From: an uncultured Methanosarcinaceae archaeon
GTDB taxonomy: Archaea; Halobacteriota; Methanosarcinia; Methanosarcinales; Methanosarcinaceae
Reading direction: 5' to 3'
Assembly: GCA_963727895.1 (NCBI GenBank)
Contig: CAVSHT010000009.1
Coordinates: 256,001 to 320,000 of the forward strand
Length of the DNA stretch: 64,000 nucleotides
The notes under the pieces: model-generated
What the model was told of the DNA's origin: nothing
The model's input: the letters and a program-made list of their open reading frames with translations, nothing else
Databases searched by the model: none
Part shown: positions 23,985 to 35,496 of the stretch, one piece after another
Layout: every line of letters starts with the position of its first letter
Numbering within the stretch: position 1 is the stretch's first letter
Position numbers and translations under genes: made by a program

Positions 23985-24787
23985 GGTAATGAGGGCTTAA
24001 TAGTCCAAAAAAAGAACGGAGAGTACTTTCATTAGTTGTGCTTGTTATTCGAAGAAAAGCATGTGCGTTTTAGGGGTAAGTCATGTTTCTGTCCAAAAAT
24101 GGATAAAGAAATTTGGTCAGGAGTTAGAGAACCTAAAAAGTGAAAGTGAGATATCTATTGTTGAAATGGATGAAATGCACACTTACATCGGTAACAAAAA
24201 AAATATTGCTGGATCTAGATTGCTGTTGATAGAGTTGGGAAAAAGTTCATCAACTGCTCTTTTGGCAGCAGAGGAACGGAAACTGGAAAACTGCTCTGGG
24301 AAAAAGTGAAGAAAAAAGAGATTGGAGAAGTGATGACAGATCACTGGAGAGCATATGCAGAGTTTCGTCCAGAAAAGATCCATACTCAATCAAAAGCAGA
24401 AACGTATACTGTTGAAGGATATAACAGCATATTGAGGCACTTTTTGGCAAGGTTGAGAAGAAATACAAAGTGTTATACGAAAAGTATTGAAATGCTAAAG
24501 TACTCGGTTATTCTATTGATGAAATACAAAAATAAAGAGTTAATTATGTTTAGTTAACAATACCGATAATTATTCAGAATAGTAAGAAAGATCCCGAAGG
24601 TGCTGTATCTACTGTATCCCCCAATACAGTCTCTTCGAAATATTATGCTTCCCCAAACATACTAATTCGAAGAAGGATCAGCGACCTCCAAGAGATTCTT
24701 TTATTTCGGTGGTATCCCGTGATACCCTACTTTACTTATTTCCCAACTCCAGCATATACTAAAAACGTAAATTATTTTAAAATAATT

Positions 24788-24912
24788 GTATCAAAAATTG
24801 TTTTCAATTTAAAATTTTAATATTATATATTTAGTTTATTATATTATATATTATAACGGCGTTAAAATATAATATGTTATATTATATTTTGTTTCAAAAC
24901 AATTTTTGATAC
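24788..24912. repeat. 17-bp perfect inverted repeat around very AT-rich spacer (MITE-like, family D)
   Basis: GTATCAAAAATTGTTTT (24788-24804) / AAAACAATTTTTGATAC (24896-24912). Confidence 0.65.
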
Positions 24913-25331
24913 CAATTATGATATATATATATATATATTCGTGATATTATAAAATTGAAGATTAAGAGTAATAGGGTTTCCTCTTAATCTTTGGGTTGGA
25001 TCACATGTAGGGATTTGAGAATAGGGACTCAAAACTCTACCATCTACTTCTAGAGACTATCCGAAGAGTCTAGGATTCATGTTGAAAAGTCACCAGGTTT
25101 ATTATAATAAGATCTACTCTTTTAAACTTATCAGAGTTGAAACGAATGACAAAATCAATTGGTTTTTTAGTCAATCAGTCTTTTGTTTTAAAGAAAAGTA
25201 ATTGCTTGGAAGGCTGTAATGAATTAAACTATACTATAAAATTTGAGATAATCCACAATACAATTATGAGATACTACTGAGGCAAAAAAATAGACAACTT
25301 TAACATATAAGAGCATTTAGCATTTGACAAT

Positions 25332-25462
25332 GAGCCCATCCCAAAATTCACTTTGCTCTCATATCAATAAGAGTTTTAAAACTATTTTTCATGATCATGA
25401 ACTTGATTGATGATTACAAATTCCAGCATCAGATAAGTAATTTTGAGTTTTGGGATCGGCTC
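25332..25462. mobile_element. MITE-like element, family A
   Basis: GAGCCCATCCCAAAATTCA ... TGAGTTTTGGGATCGGCTC terminal IR. Confidence 0.78.
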
Positions 25463-25504
25463 TATAATTAATATCCTGATATTTTTACAACGGAATTCTT
25501 TTAA

Positions 25505-25987
25505 TTACATATTGATAACCCACAAATAATAATTAAGGAGAGATGCAAAACTGACCCATAATAAATATGGAACTAACAGGTAAGAAGCTATTTTTGAGAT
25601 TTTTCTAAACTGAAGTATTGTCAAAAGGATAGCAATCCAAAGGAAAACGGTTTCAATAAAAGCATAGTAAGGAGACCTTAAAGCAAAAAACAGATAAGAC
25701 CAAAGGGAGTTAAGGAATAACTGAGCCCCAAAAATAACTAATGCAATTTTTACGTCTTTATTTTTCAATCCTTTTTCCCAAACAATGTATAATGAGATAC
25801 CCATAAGTGTATACAGCAATGTCCAGACCGGAAAAAATACCCAAGAAGGAGGATTAAAAACTGGTTTTTCAAGTAGAAAATACCAATCTTTAAGAGAGGA
25901 AGCCGTAAACACTGAACCAACTGAACCTGCAAGCTGGCAGAAAAATACAGAAATTAGAAGTTTGAAGTAATTTATTTTTGGGTGCAT
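25505..25987 (-). CDS. tspO: TspO/MBR tryptophan-rich sensory protein
   Basis: WYFLLEKPVFNPPSWVFFPVWT, LNSLWSYLFF, PYLLWVSFA. Confidence 0.92.
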   Translation of the reverse strand: MHPKINYFKLLISVFFCQLAGSVGSVFTASSLKDWYFLLEKPVFNPPSWVFFPVWTLLYTLMGISLYIVWEKGLKNKDVKIALVIFGAQLFLNSLWSYLFFALRSPYYAFIETVFLWIAILLTILQFRKISKIASYLLVPYLLWVSFASLLNYYLWVINM

Positions 25988-26089
25988 GGATATTATTTAT
26001 GCTCTATAATCCTATAATAGTAACCTTTTGTGAAATCTTTTCTTAACTGGGGTTATTGGATTCAATCACAAATGGTTTCTTTAGATAAA

Positions 26090-26219
26090 GAGCCTGTCCC
26101 AAAACTCATTTTGACCATACTCTTTGATGGTTTTTAGAATTTATTTTCGTATCCGAAACTCAATTGAATATTTCAAATTAGAGATCCATAGAAACAATTT
26201 TGAGTTTTGGGATAAACTC
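26090..26219. mobile_element. MITE-like element, family A
   Basis: GAGCCTGTCCCAAAACTCA ... TGAGTTTTGGGATAAACTC. Confidence 0.78.
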
Positions 26220-26297
26220 AGCATTGAATTAGCGTCCAAAATGTGCAAAATAATTTAAAATGATAACAGAAATGTAGTTAATTTGAGTTGACTATAA

Positions 26298-27429
26298 ATG
26301 CCTAAAATTGTCAAAAATAAAGATCAAATAAGTGCAACAGTATCCCCATATTTAAAAAAACGTTGCATAGAAATAGCTCAAGATCCAGAATTTACAAGTG
26401 TTTCTGATGTAGTTTCTCAAGCTTTGTCAGAATTTATTGCTAAATATGATGTAAGAAAGAATAGTGAAACAAAAAAACATGAAGATGATGCTGCAAAAAT
26501 ACTTATTTGGGCTCTTATGAAAACAAAAGAAGGACAAAATTTTATTGACTCATTTTATAAATCTAATCAAGAATTTTTCTATGAAACTGAAGAACCAGAT
26601 AACTCTAAAAACCCTAAGCTCCAAGAATTAGTTAAAATTATGGCATTGTTAATTAAACATAGTTAACTCTTTATTTCTGTATTTCATCAATAGAATAACC
26701 GAGTACTTTAGCATTTCAAGACTTTTTGTATAACACTTTGTCTTTCTTCTCAATCTTGCTAGAAAATGCCTCAATATGCTGTTATATCCCTCAACTGTAA
26801 ATGTTTCTGCTTTTGATTGAGTATGACTCTTTTCTGGAAGAAACTCTGCATATGCTCTCCAGTGATCTGTCATTACTTCTCCAATCTCTTTTTTCTTCAC
26901 TTTTTCCCAGAGTAGTTTTCCAGTTTCTGTTCCTCTGCTACCAAAAGAGCAGTTGATGAACTTTTTCCCAACTCTATCAACAGCAATCCAGATCCAGCAA
27001 TATTTTTTTTGTTACCGATGTAAGTGTGCATTTCATCCATTTCAACAATAGATATCTCATTTTCACTTTTTAGGTCCTCTAACTCCTGACCAAATTTCTT
27101 TATCCATCTTTGGACAGAAACATGACTCACCCCTAAAAATCGTCCTATTGAACGAAAGCCCAATCCTTCAAGATAGAGTTGTAAAGCCTGTCTTTTTACA
27201 AAAGCGGAAAAAGCAGTTGATTTTAGCTCTACTGTATAGTTATAGCCACAATCAGAGCATTTGTACCGTTGACGCCCGCCAACTATACCGTTCTTTTTGT
27301 GACTGGAACTATTGCATCTGGGGCAGTTCATGAAGAAATATACTTTCTAATAGTATATAACTATGTTTAAGTATCAAAGCCAAAATTATATGCAGCTCAT
27401 ATGATGAAAATTCTTCAACTAAATCATAA
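26298..27429 (+). pseudogene. Ribbon-helix-helix (CopG-like) protein interrupted near its C-terminus by IS1
   Basis: QISATVSPYLKKRC...SVSDVVSQALSEFI; removing the IS and one TSD restores ...ELVKIICSSYDENSSTKS*. Confidence 0.65.
26642..27381 (-). mobile_element. IS1-family element, intact (740 bp)
   Basis: Zn ribbon-HTH InsA + DDE via A8 -1 slip site; 8-bp TSD AAAATTAT. Confidence 0.95.
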
Positions 27430-28188
27430 GTAATATTTGTGCTTTCAAATAATTTATTTAGAACCTCTGTTGGATTATAAATAGTTTATTTTCTTTTTTC
27501 AAATATCATACTTGTTGGAACTGAATAGTGTAACTCTAATGTAGATTTAAAAACTATATATTAAATGAGTTTGACAGTTTGATTTTTATGTTGAAAGATT
27601 GTTTTCATATCCGTTGGAATAATAAGTAATATTATTTCAACAAATTTTTGCCCATTTTTTACAATTCAATTTGACAGATGGTTCTCTTTCTCCTGATGGC
27701 TATTTTCATAATTTTTGATCAAATTTTTGGGATCGAATTTGACAGATAACATGAATTTTAGATGAAATATAGATACTTCCCAAAGATCAGGTGCCAAAAG
27801 TGCGAAAATTGGACAAAAATGTCTACTAATTTACTTTAGAGTGATTGTGAAGTTGGAAAACCAGAGGCAATTTGATGAAATTTATGAATACTGTCAATTG
27901 ATGTTTGACAAAAAAAATTGAAACTTCTCACTAAAGTCAATTTATACTGTCAAATGAAGGTATTAATAGTATGATCTCAATAAAAAATATTAAAATTTGA
28001 TTTTCTATTTAAACTCAACCTACACTTGCATAAGTCACGAAATGTGATTTGAGGCATCATAAAAGAACAAACTACAAAAACTGAATCACATCAGATTGCA
28101 AAATGAAAGATATGCTTATATAATCCGAGTAATTATTATTAATTACAGTAAATAAAAAAGGTACGGAACTGAACAAGAAAATTGAGAG

Positions 28189-28260
28189 AGCCGCCGGAGG
28201 GACTTGAACCCTCGACCTGCTGATTACGAATCAGCCGCTATACCGCTAAGCCACGACGGC
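28189..28260 (-). tRNA. tRNA-Thr (CGT)
   Basis: GCCGTCG...CTGATT-CGT-AATCAG...GGTTCAAGTCC...CGGCGGCT. Confidence 0.95.
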
Positions 28261-28396
28261 AAATATACAAAAAAATAAGCAGACTTACAATAGCAATCAT
28301 GAATTTAATTATTTCGCTCGGGAGAAGCTGTTTGCTTTTGCAACGCTGGAAAAATCATAGGATCATTAAATAGAATCATTAAATTTGTGCTATCTT

Positions 28397-29407
28397 TTAA
28401 ACAATCCTAACTTCTATACAGATATTATACTGGTGAGGGGCATAAGAACGCACTACCCTTTTTTCCAGTACTTCAATTTTCCGTCCTGCTTTTTCCGCAG
28501 CTTCCCTTATAAGTTTGATAGAACTTTCAAATAAATTATCTTCAGGAGTCATTCCGTAATAATGGATTATTCCACCGGATTTTAACAGGAGAACTGCAGA
28601 ATCTAAAAACTCAAAAGCATTATGAGGCAAATTCATAATCACGTGGTCGGCAGTATCTGCAAACTTTCTTGCTTCTTCACGAGCATCGCCTTCTATTGCT
28701 TCAATATTTTTCACGGAATTGAGACTTATATTTTCCTTGAGATAATGAACAGCATCCGGGTTTTTATCGATTGCCAGGACTTTTGCAGGTTTTTTGCTTT
28801 TTGCAATCAAGATACTATATGGACCAACGCCTGCAAACATATCGACAACAGTATCCCCTTCCTTAATCCAGGAAAGAACCCTTGAGCGCTCTGTCGAAAG
28901 ACGAGGAGTAAAATAAGCTCGTGCAAGGTCGACTTTATAGCGGCAGCCATATTCTTTGTGAATAGTTTCAGTTCTGGGGTCCCCTGCAATGACCTCAAAT
29001 TCCCTGACCCGAAATTCACCAATAACATGGGTAAGAGGCTTGAGTACGGTTTTTATATTTTGTTGAGTTATGAGAAGTGCATCGGCAATTTTAGAAGCTT
29101 TCTGCTTATCAAGATAAGGATCTTCCAGAAGAGCAATATCTCCTATTACTTCATATGCAGGGCTAAAACCCAGTAAGTCTTCAGGAACAGGTTTTTTCTC
29201 CTGAAGAGCAAAATCAAACTCAATAAGCTCAAATTTTTCAGGAAACGTTTTCAATTCATCAGGATCAAGATCTTTTATAAGGGGAAGATAAAGAAATGTC
29301 TCATCTGAGCCTATTTTTACGGAATTGTCAAGAATTTCGAGCTGAAGAAGAATTCTTCTTACAGGCTCTCCTTTCTGTTTAGAGACTTTTATACACTGCC
29401 TATTCAT
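28397..29407 (-). CDS. trm5: Trm5-family tRNA (guanine-N1) methyltransferase
   Basis: YFTPRLSTER, DMFAGVGP, IMNLP, RSYAP. Confidence 0.85.
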   Translation of the reverse strand: MNRQCIKVSKQKGEPVRRILLQLEILDNSVKIGSDETFLYLPLIKDLDPDELKTFPEKFELIEFDFALQEKKPVPEDLLGFSPAYEVIGDIALLEDPYLDKQKASKIADALLITQQNIKTVLKPLTHVIGEFRVREFEVIAGDPRTETIHKEYGCRYKVDLARAYFTPRLSTERSRVLSWIKEGDTVVDMFAGVGPYSILIAKSKKPAKVLAIDKNPDAVHYLKENISLNSVKNIEAIEGDAREEARKFADTADHVIMNLPHNAFEFLDSAVLLLKSGGIIHYYGMTPEDNLFESSIKLIREAAEKAGRKIEVLEKRVVRSYAPHQYNICIEVRIV

Positions 29408-29652
29408 GAAAACCGACCTCTTGGACTAAAGTTATCTTTCTATTAAAAAGCTATCTCAAAATACACTAGCTATTTGTTATGCTACTTACGAGAAATTTAT
29501 CTTAAACTGTTAATCGGATGATTTTCCCTGTCATTCATCATCTGCCTGCTTCCTGCTATTTACCAGGCTTTTATCCAGAGTCAGAGGCAAATTCACTTCT
29601 CAATTTTTGAGACTTGCTTATATTTTAATAATTTATCATCCAATAGTCAGGT

Positions 29653-30777
29653 ATGTTAATACTTGCAGCAGATATAGGAACAGGTACGCAGGATATTTTG
29701 CTCTTCAATTCAGAAAAAGAAGTGGAAAATAGTCTACTTATGATCATGCCTGCTCCCACTCAAATAATTGCGAAAAAGGTACGGAAAGCTACCAAAAAAG
29801 GAAAGGCAATAGTATTTACTGGAAACATAATGGGAGGAGGTCCCTCAACATTTGCGATAAGGACTCATTTAAAAGCAGGTTTTCCAGTATATGCTACTGA
29901 AAAAGCTGCTCTGACCATCAATGATAATATTGAGAAAGTAAAGGCTTTCGGGATTCGAATTGTCTCTGAAAAAGAAGCAAAAAAACTTGCATCTGAAGAA
30001 AATACACAGGAAATCGTGATGCAGGATTTCGATCCAGAATCAACTTCAGTTGCACTTTCTGCCTTTGAGGTTAAGATGCCGACAAATTATGCTATTGCAG
30101 TACAAGACCACGGAAATGCCCCTGAGAAGAGCAACAGAATCTATCGTTTTGAACTGCTTCGGGAACTTATTGAAAAAGGAGGAAGACTTGAAAACTTTGT
30201 ATACAGACCCGAAGAGATTCCTGAGGCGTTTACCCGAATGAAAGCACAGGCAGATTCTCTTCTCAAGACTGCCAGAGACCGGAAAACCAGAGCAGTTTTC
30301 ATGGACACAGGACCAGCAGCTATCTTTGGAACACTTACTGATCCTGCAGCTTTACAACCTGCTGTAGTAGTCAATATCGGAAACGGACATACTTTAGGAG
30401 CACTTGTGAATGAAAACAGGATCACAGCAATTTTTGAGCATCATACTTCCCTTATGAACCCTGAAAAACTTCAGGATTATGTAATAAAGCTTGCAGACGG
30501 AGAATTTGCTTTTGAAGAAGTTTTTGAAGATGGCGGACACGGTGTGTATATCAAAGAAGCTTTAGGATTTGAGCAGGTTAGATCTATAATAGTTACGGGC
30601 CCAAAAAGAGAAATGCTTGAAAAGCTTTCGAATTCAGGACTACTCAGACCGGAAATATCAAAAAAACTTCATTTTGCTGCACCTTTTGGGAGCATGATGC
30701 TCTCAGGCTGCTTTGGATTACTTGCAGGATTTTTAGAGAAATACCCCGAACCATCAATAAACCTTATAAACCACTAA
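29653..30777 (+). CDS. DUF1786-family protein (ASKHA-like)
   Basis: DIGTGTQDI, MGGGP, AVQDHG, NIGNGHT, FEHHT. Confidence 0.8.
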   Translation: MLILAADIGTGTQDILLFNSEKEVENSLLMIMPAPTQIIAKKVRKATKKGKAIVFTGNIMGGGPSTFAIRTHLKAGFPVYATEKAALTINDNIEKVKAFGIRIVSEKEAKKLASEENTQEIVMQDFDPESTSVALSAFEVKMPTNYAIAVQDHGNAPEKSNRIYRFELLRELIEKGGRLENFVYRPEEIPEAFTRMKAQADSLLKTARDRKTRAVFMDTGPAAIFGTLTDPAALQPAVVVNIGNGHTLGALVNENRITAIFEHHTSLMNPEKLQDYVIKLADGEFAFEEVFEDGGHGVYIKEALGFEQVRSIIVTGPKREMLEKLSNSGLLRPEISKKLHFAAPFGSMMLSGCFGLLAGFLEKYPEPSINLINH

Positions 30778-30993
30778 GTAGTAGGGAGTAAGTTGCTTAA
30801 GCCCGGAATATCTAAATTTTCATAGGGTTAGAAGCATGAGTTCAAAAACCCTATTAGAAGACCCGGAATGTAGAAGTTTCCTGCAAAAGCCCTAGCAGAG
30901 GCTTTTTACAGATAAATGTAAATAGAGGCAGGTATTTCTATATGCACATATCTCATACTGAATCGTTTGCTAAACAGTTTTGTGCAAACTTAA

Positions 30994-31593
<600 letters not shown>

Positions 31594-31626
31594 CCAGTTA
31601 ATCTGTTAACAAAAAGGAGTATAATT

Positions 31627-32238
31627 ATGTACGATTACGAAGAGCTTTTGAACCGTGCGATGGCAAAAATGCCTGACACCGAGACTACGGATGCTCGATT
31701 CGTAATCCCTGAGCCCAGAATTTTTTCCGAAGGTAAAGCCACAATTCTGGAAAACTTCGGAAATATTGCAGATATCCTTAACCGGGATCCTGACCACCTG
31801 ATGAAATATCTCACAAGGGAACTGGGGACTGCAGGGAAAATAGAAGGCACACGTGCAGTCTTCCAGGGAAGATTTACGAGAGCTCAGATTTCTGATAACA
31901 TTCAGGCTTATGTTGACGAATACGTTATGTGTTCTGAATGCGGACGTCCTGATACCCAGCTTGTCAGGGTGGATAGAGTGCTTGTCCTGAAATGTTCTGC
32001 TTGCGGGGCTCACAGACCTGTCAAAAAGAGAAAGGTAAGCAATGTAGTTGTCAGGGATGCCATCGAAGAAGGTGGAACCTACGAACTCCGGATCGATGCA
32101 GTTGGATCCAAAGGTGACGGGATAGCTAAAATAGATAAGTACACGGTTTTCGTGCCCGGAGCCTCAAAAGGCGACGTGGTCAAAGTAAAAATAAAGAAAA
32201 TCAGTGGAAACCTCGCTTTCTCAGAGAGAGCAGCCTGA
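31627..32238 (+). CDS. eif2b: Translation initiation factor aIF-2 beta with C-terminal TRAM domain
   Basis: [35 protein letters not shown]. Confidence 0.94.
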   Translation: MYDYEELLNRAMAKMPDTETTDARFVIPEPRIFSEGKATILENFGNIADILNRDPDHLMKYLTRELGTAGKIEGTRAVFQGRFTRAQISDNIQAYVDEYVMCSECGRPDTQLVRVDRVLVLKCSACGAHRPVKKRKVSNVVVRDAIEEGGTYELRIDAVGSKGDGIAKIDKYTVFVPGASKGDVVKVKIKKISGNLAFSERAA

Positions 32239-32492
32239 GGTTTAAGCTTATTTATATATATTAAAGCAGCTCAGGCCGATTACTTCCGTTTTCGTGCCCG
32301 AGCAGCTTAAATTCAACCGTTAATCCACAACCATTTAGCTGCAAGCGTTGTGCCGGATTATAATGCTGAAAATATCGTTTTCGATCAAATCTTTTAAAAA
32401 AGGTTTGCTTTGCGCCACATTCTGTTTTTGATTAAGCTTTTTTTAAATATTTTTGATTAGGCCGATATAATAAAGGGCTCTGTGAGGAATAA

Positions 32493-33734
32493 ATGACTTC
32501 TGAAAAAAAGGATATACCGGAAGTTCCATTAAGAAAAATTTCATTAAAAGATTCTCAAACAACGGGAAAAAATATAGAAATTATCTCAATCCCAGGACTG
32601 GCAGTAAATCTTCGGCAAGCAGGAGATGTCCTGGAGCTTACAGCAAACGGAACACTGAGAGTAGCTTTTAACCCCATCTTGAGAATGATAAATTCTCGTC
32701 TGATGGAGGAAAAGCCAGCTCTTGTACTGGAAGATAAAGTCATTGCTTCGGCCTGGCTCCCCCCAATACCAAGTCCGGTTTTTAAGCGCCTGATTTTTGC
32801 AGAAATACAGATTGCTCTTGGAAAATCTATTCCTGAAACTGTATCTATTGAACTTACCCGACAGAACAGTTCTAGATATCAACCCGGGACAATTGCAGAA
32901 GAGCTGGATACGGCCATTATAAAAAAAATTATTGATGAAGCTCTTGACTCTGGCACTTTAATCATCTCATTTACTGAAAACGATCCTCTACTGAGAGAAG
33001 AGGTTTTTGATTTAATCAAGTACGTGGACAAGAAACGTACTATAGTAAACTGTTCCACATGGGGAACGGACTTTTCAAAAGAAACTGCCCTTCGCTTGAA
33101 AGAAACTGGGCTTCACTCTCTGATGGTTGGAATTTATTCAACCGATCCTGAAAAACATGACGCTGCCCGAAAGTCCGAAGGAGCTTATGAAAGAGCCATT
33201 TCTGCAATGAAAATTGCACTTGAAGCCGGAATTACGGTTGTAATGACAACACACACTTCTCCTTCAAACATACAGGAACTTCCTGCTCTCTATTCTCTTG
33301 CATCTGAACTTGGAGTACACGAATTTTCAGTATGGGAAGCAATGCCTAAAAACAGAAACGAGCCTGCAATCACTAACGAAGATAGAAAAAGCATCCTTGA
33401 GATGTACCATAGAATAAATAAAAATCCAGAAGGCCCTCGAATGTTTGCAAACACTTATTTTGAAGGTCAGATGCTGGGTGCAATGGAAGGTAGACGCTGG
33501 ATGCATATAACGGCAGACGGAGACATAAAAGCTGGTCCTTATCCGCCTTTCAGTTTTGGGAATATAAAAGAAGAATCTTTAAAAGAAGCCTGGCAGAAAA
33601 TCAGAAGTTATCCTTATTTCCAGAAGCAGAAAAAATTGAGTCCAATGCATGACCCGGAATTTTTGGATTTCGTTGACAGAATTCCGGCAGGAGCAAAATT
33701 GCCTTATCCTTTTGAAAAAGTTTGCGAAAAATAA
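32493..33734 (+). CDS. Radical SAM/SPASM-fold protein lacking Fe-S cysteine motifs
   Basis: PETVSIELTR, ISFTENDPLLR, PEKHDAAR..GAYERA, HITADGDIKAGPY..FGNIKEESLKEAW; no CxxxCxxC. Confidence 0.8.
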   Translation: MTSEKKDIPEVPLRKISLKDSQTTGKNIEIISIPGLAVNLRQAGDVLELTANGTLRVAFNPILRMINSRLMEEKPALVLEDKVIASAWLPPIPSPVFKRLIFAEIQIALGKSIPETVSIELTRQNSSRYQPGTIAEELDTAIIKKIIDEALDSGTLIISFTENDPLLREEVFDLIKYVDKKRTIVNCSTWGTDFSKETALRLKETGLHSLMVGIYSTDPEKHDAARKSEGAYERAISAMKIALEAGITVVMTTHTSPSNIQELPALYSLASELGVHEFSVWEAMPKNRNEPAITNEDRKSILEMYHRINKNPEGPRMFANTYFEGQMLGAMEGRRWMHITADGDIKAGPYPPFSFGNIKEESLKEAWQKIRSYPYFQKQKKLSPMHDPEFLDFVDRIPAGAKLPYPFEKVCEK

Positions 33735-34001
33735 AGAGAACAAGTTATAAGATATCCTTTTAGCTACAGGATATTCTGTTAACGCATTTTCTAGCATATT
33801 TTCCTAGGCATAGTTCCTATACATTTATAGTTTTTTTAGCCTACTTTTTTCCGAATGAACACATAAACATTTACATATAAGCAAGTATTTCTAAAGAGCA
33901 ATTTAGCTGGAACTGCGTTATTATCTTTAATTATTTTCAATAAAGAAAAAGCCGTCTTTTGGAGGATTCCTTTTGAAAAGTGGCGGCTTACGAGGGATTT
34001 C

Positions 34002-35399
34002 ATGACTAATAAACTTGACCCGTGGAGCTCAAGCGAAATTAATGACTATTCGAAGTTATTTGAAGAATTCGGGATTTCTCCTTTTGATAAAGTCCTTCCG
34101 GAAATCCCTTCTCCACACATGTATATGCGGAGAAAAGTTATTTTCGGACATCGTGACTATGAACAGATTGTAGAGGCTATGCGCACAGGTGCTCCTTTTT
34201 CAGTTATGGACGGTTTTATGCCTTCGGGGAAGGTTCATTTCGGGCACAAGATGGTTATGGACCAGATAATCTGGCACCAGCAAATGGGAGCATCGGCTTT
34301 TGTAGGGATTGCTGACAGGGAAGCTTTTTCTGTACGCGGTTTTTCCTGGCAGAAATGCAAGGAAATTGGAGTAGAAGAATATATATTAAGCCTTATTGCT
34401 TTTGGTTTCAAGCCCGATGGCCTTATTTACTTCCAGTCAGGATGCGAAAGCGTCAAAGACCTGGCATTTGAACTCGGGGTCAAAGTAAATTTCTCAGAAC
34501 TGAGTGCAATCTATGGATTTTCGGGAGAGACAAACCTTTCCCATATGATCAGTGTAGCAACCCAGGCTGCAGACATTCTCCAGCCTCAGCTCGAAGAATT
34601 TGGAGGTCCAAAACCAGTCGTAGTTCCTGTTGGCCCGGATCAGGACCCTCATCTCCGTCTTACGAGAGGGCTTGCAGGCAAGATGAATATGTTCAGGATA
34701 GAAGAACGGGAAGACACAAAAACAGGCAGAAAATACTTGAGTGTCCGGGGAAAAGCCGCTGAAAAAGGTGCTCTCCAGGAACTTAAAAAACGTATTCCTG
34801 GAAAGGTAAAGCTCCATGAAGAACACCTGGATATTTTTGGACTTTCAATCAACGAGTACTTCCAGAATTTAAGTGTGGAAGAAAGAAACTACTTCCAAAA
34901 AATATGTTCGTCTAGCGATCCACAGGAAATTACAAAGAAAATAGTAGAAGAAACTGTAAAGGAAGTGGCAGCTGAATTCGATGGTTACGCCTTTATTCCT
35001 CCTGCATCTACATATCATCGCTTTATGAGCGGACTACAGGGAGGAAAAATGTCGAGCAGCGTTCCTGACAGCCATATTGCTCTTACTGACGATCCAAAAG
35101 ATGGGGCAAAAAAGGTAAAAAAAGCAAAGACTGGCGGATGTATAACCCTTGAAGAGCAGAAGAAACTGGGTGGAAAACCCGACGAATGCTCGGTTTTCGA
35201 ACTTATGCTTTTCCATCTGGTAGAAAATGATGACGAACTGCTGGAAATAAGAGAGGAATGTGTCTGTGGAACCAGAACATGTGGCTCGTGCAAACAGCTT
35301 GCAGCCGAAAAGATGTACGAGTTCCTCAAAGACCATCAGGAGAAGAGGGAGCTTGCAAGGGAAAAGCTCGATGAGTATAATATAATTTACAAAAAGTAA
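34002..35399 (+). CDS. trpS: Tryptophan--tRNA ligase
   Basis: [21 protein letters not shown]. Confidence 0.95.
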   Translation: MTNKLDPWSSSEINDYSKLFEEFGISPFDKVLPEIPSPHMYMRRKVIFGHRDYEQIVEAMRTGAPFSVMDGFMPSGKVHFGHKMVMDQIIWHQQMGASAFVGIADREAFSVRGFSWQKCKEIGVEEYILSLIAFGFKPDGLIYFQSGCESVKDLAFELGVKVNFSELSAIYGFSGETNLSHMISVATQAADILQPQLEEFGGPKPVVVPVGPDQDPHLRLTRGLAGKMNMFRIEEREDTKTGRKYLSVRGKAAEKGALQELKKRIPGKVKLHEEHLDIFGLSINEYFQNLSVEERNYFQKICSSSDPQEITKKIVEETVKEVAAEFDGYAFIPPASTYHRFMSGLQGGKMSSSVPDSHIALTDDPKDGAKKVKKAKTGGCITLEEQKKLGGKPDECSVFELMLFHLVENDDELLEIREECVCGTRTCGSCKQLAAEKMYEFLKDHQEKRELAREKLDEYNIIYKK

Positions 35400-35436
35400 C
35401 TTTACAAAAAGTAACTTTACAAAAAATAACTTTACA
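35386..35436. repeat. 15-bp tandem repeat (~3.4 copies) overlapping trpS stop
   Basis: TTTACAAAAAGTAAC x2, TTTACAAAAAATAAC, TTTACA. Confidence 0.85.
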
Positions 35437-35496
35437 GGATTAAATTTTCATAATATATCAATAAGATCTTCATAAATATCAGGATGGGATTATTAT

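Larger units (their letters stand above)
22539..24070 (-). mobile_element. IS110-family element (~1.53 kb), transposase inactivated
   Basis: Seamless insertion at a shared TTT core; DEDD-type transposase; no terminal IRs. Confidence 0.9.
22293..24564 (+). mobile_element. IS1-family element interrupted by IS110
   Basis: GGCATTG...CAATACC ends; 22293-22538 + 24071-24564 rebuilds exactly 740 bp; flanks are not duplicated. Confidence 0.92.

Noticed and set aside
35386..35436. Short tandem repeats (also 2298-2381 and 41892-41935) as CRISPR arrays
   Set aside because: No unique spacers and no cas genes; simple slippage duplications
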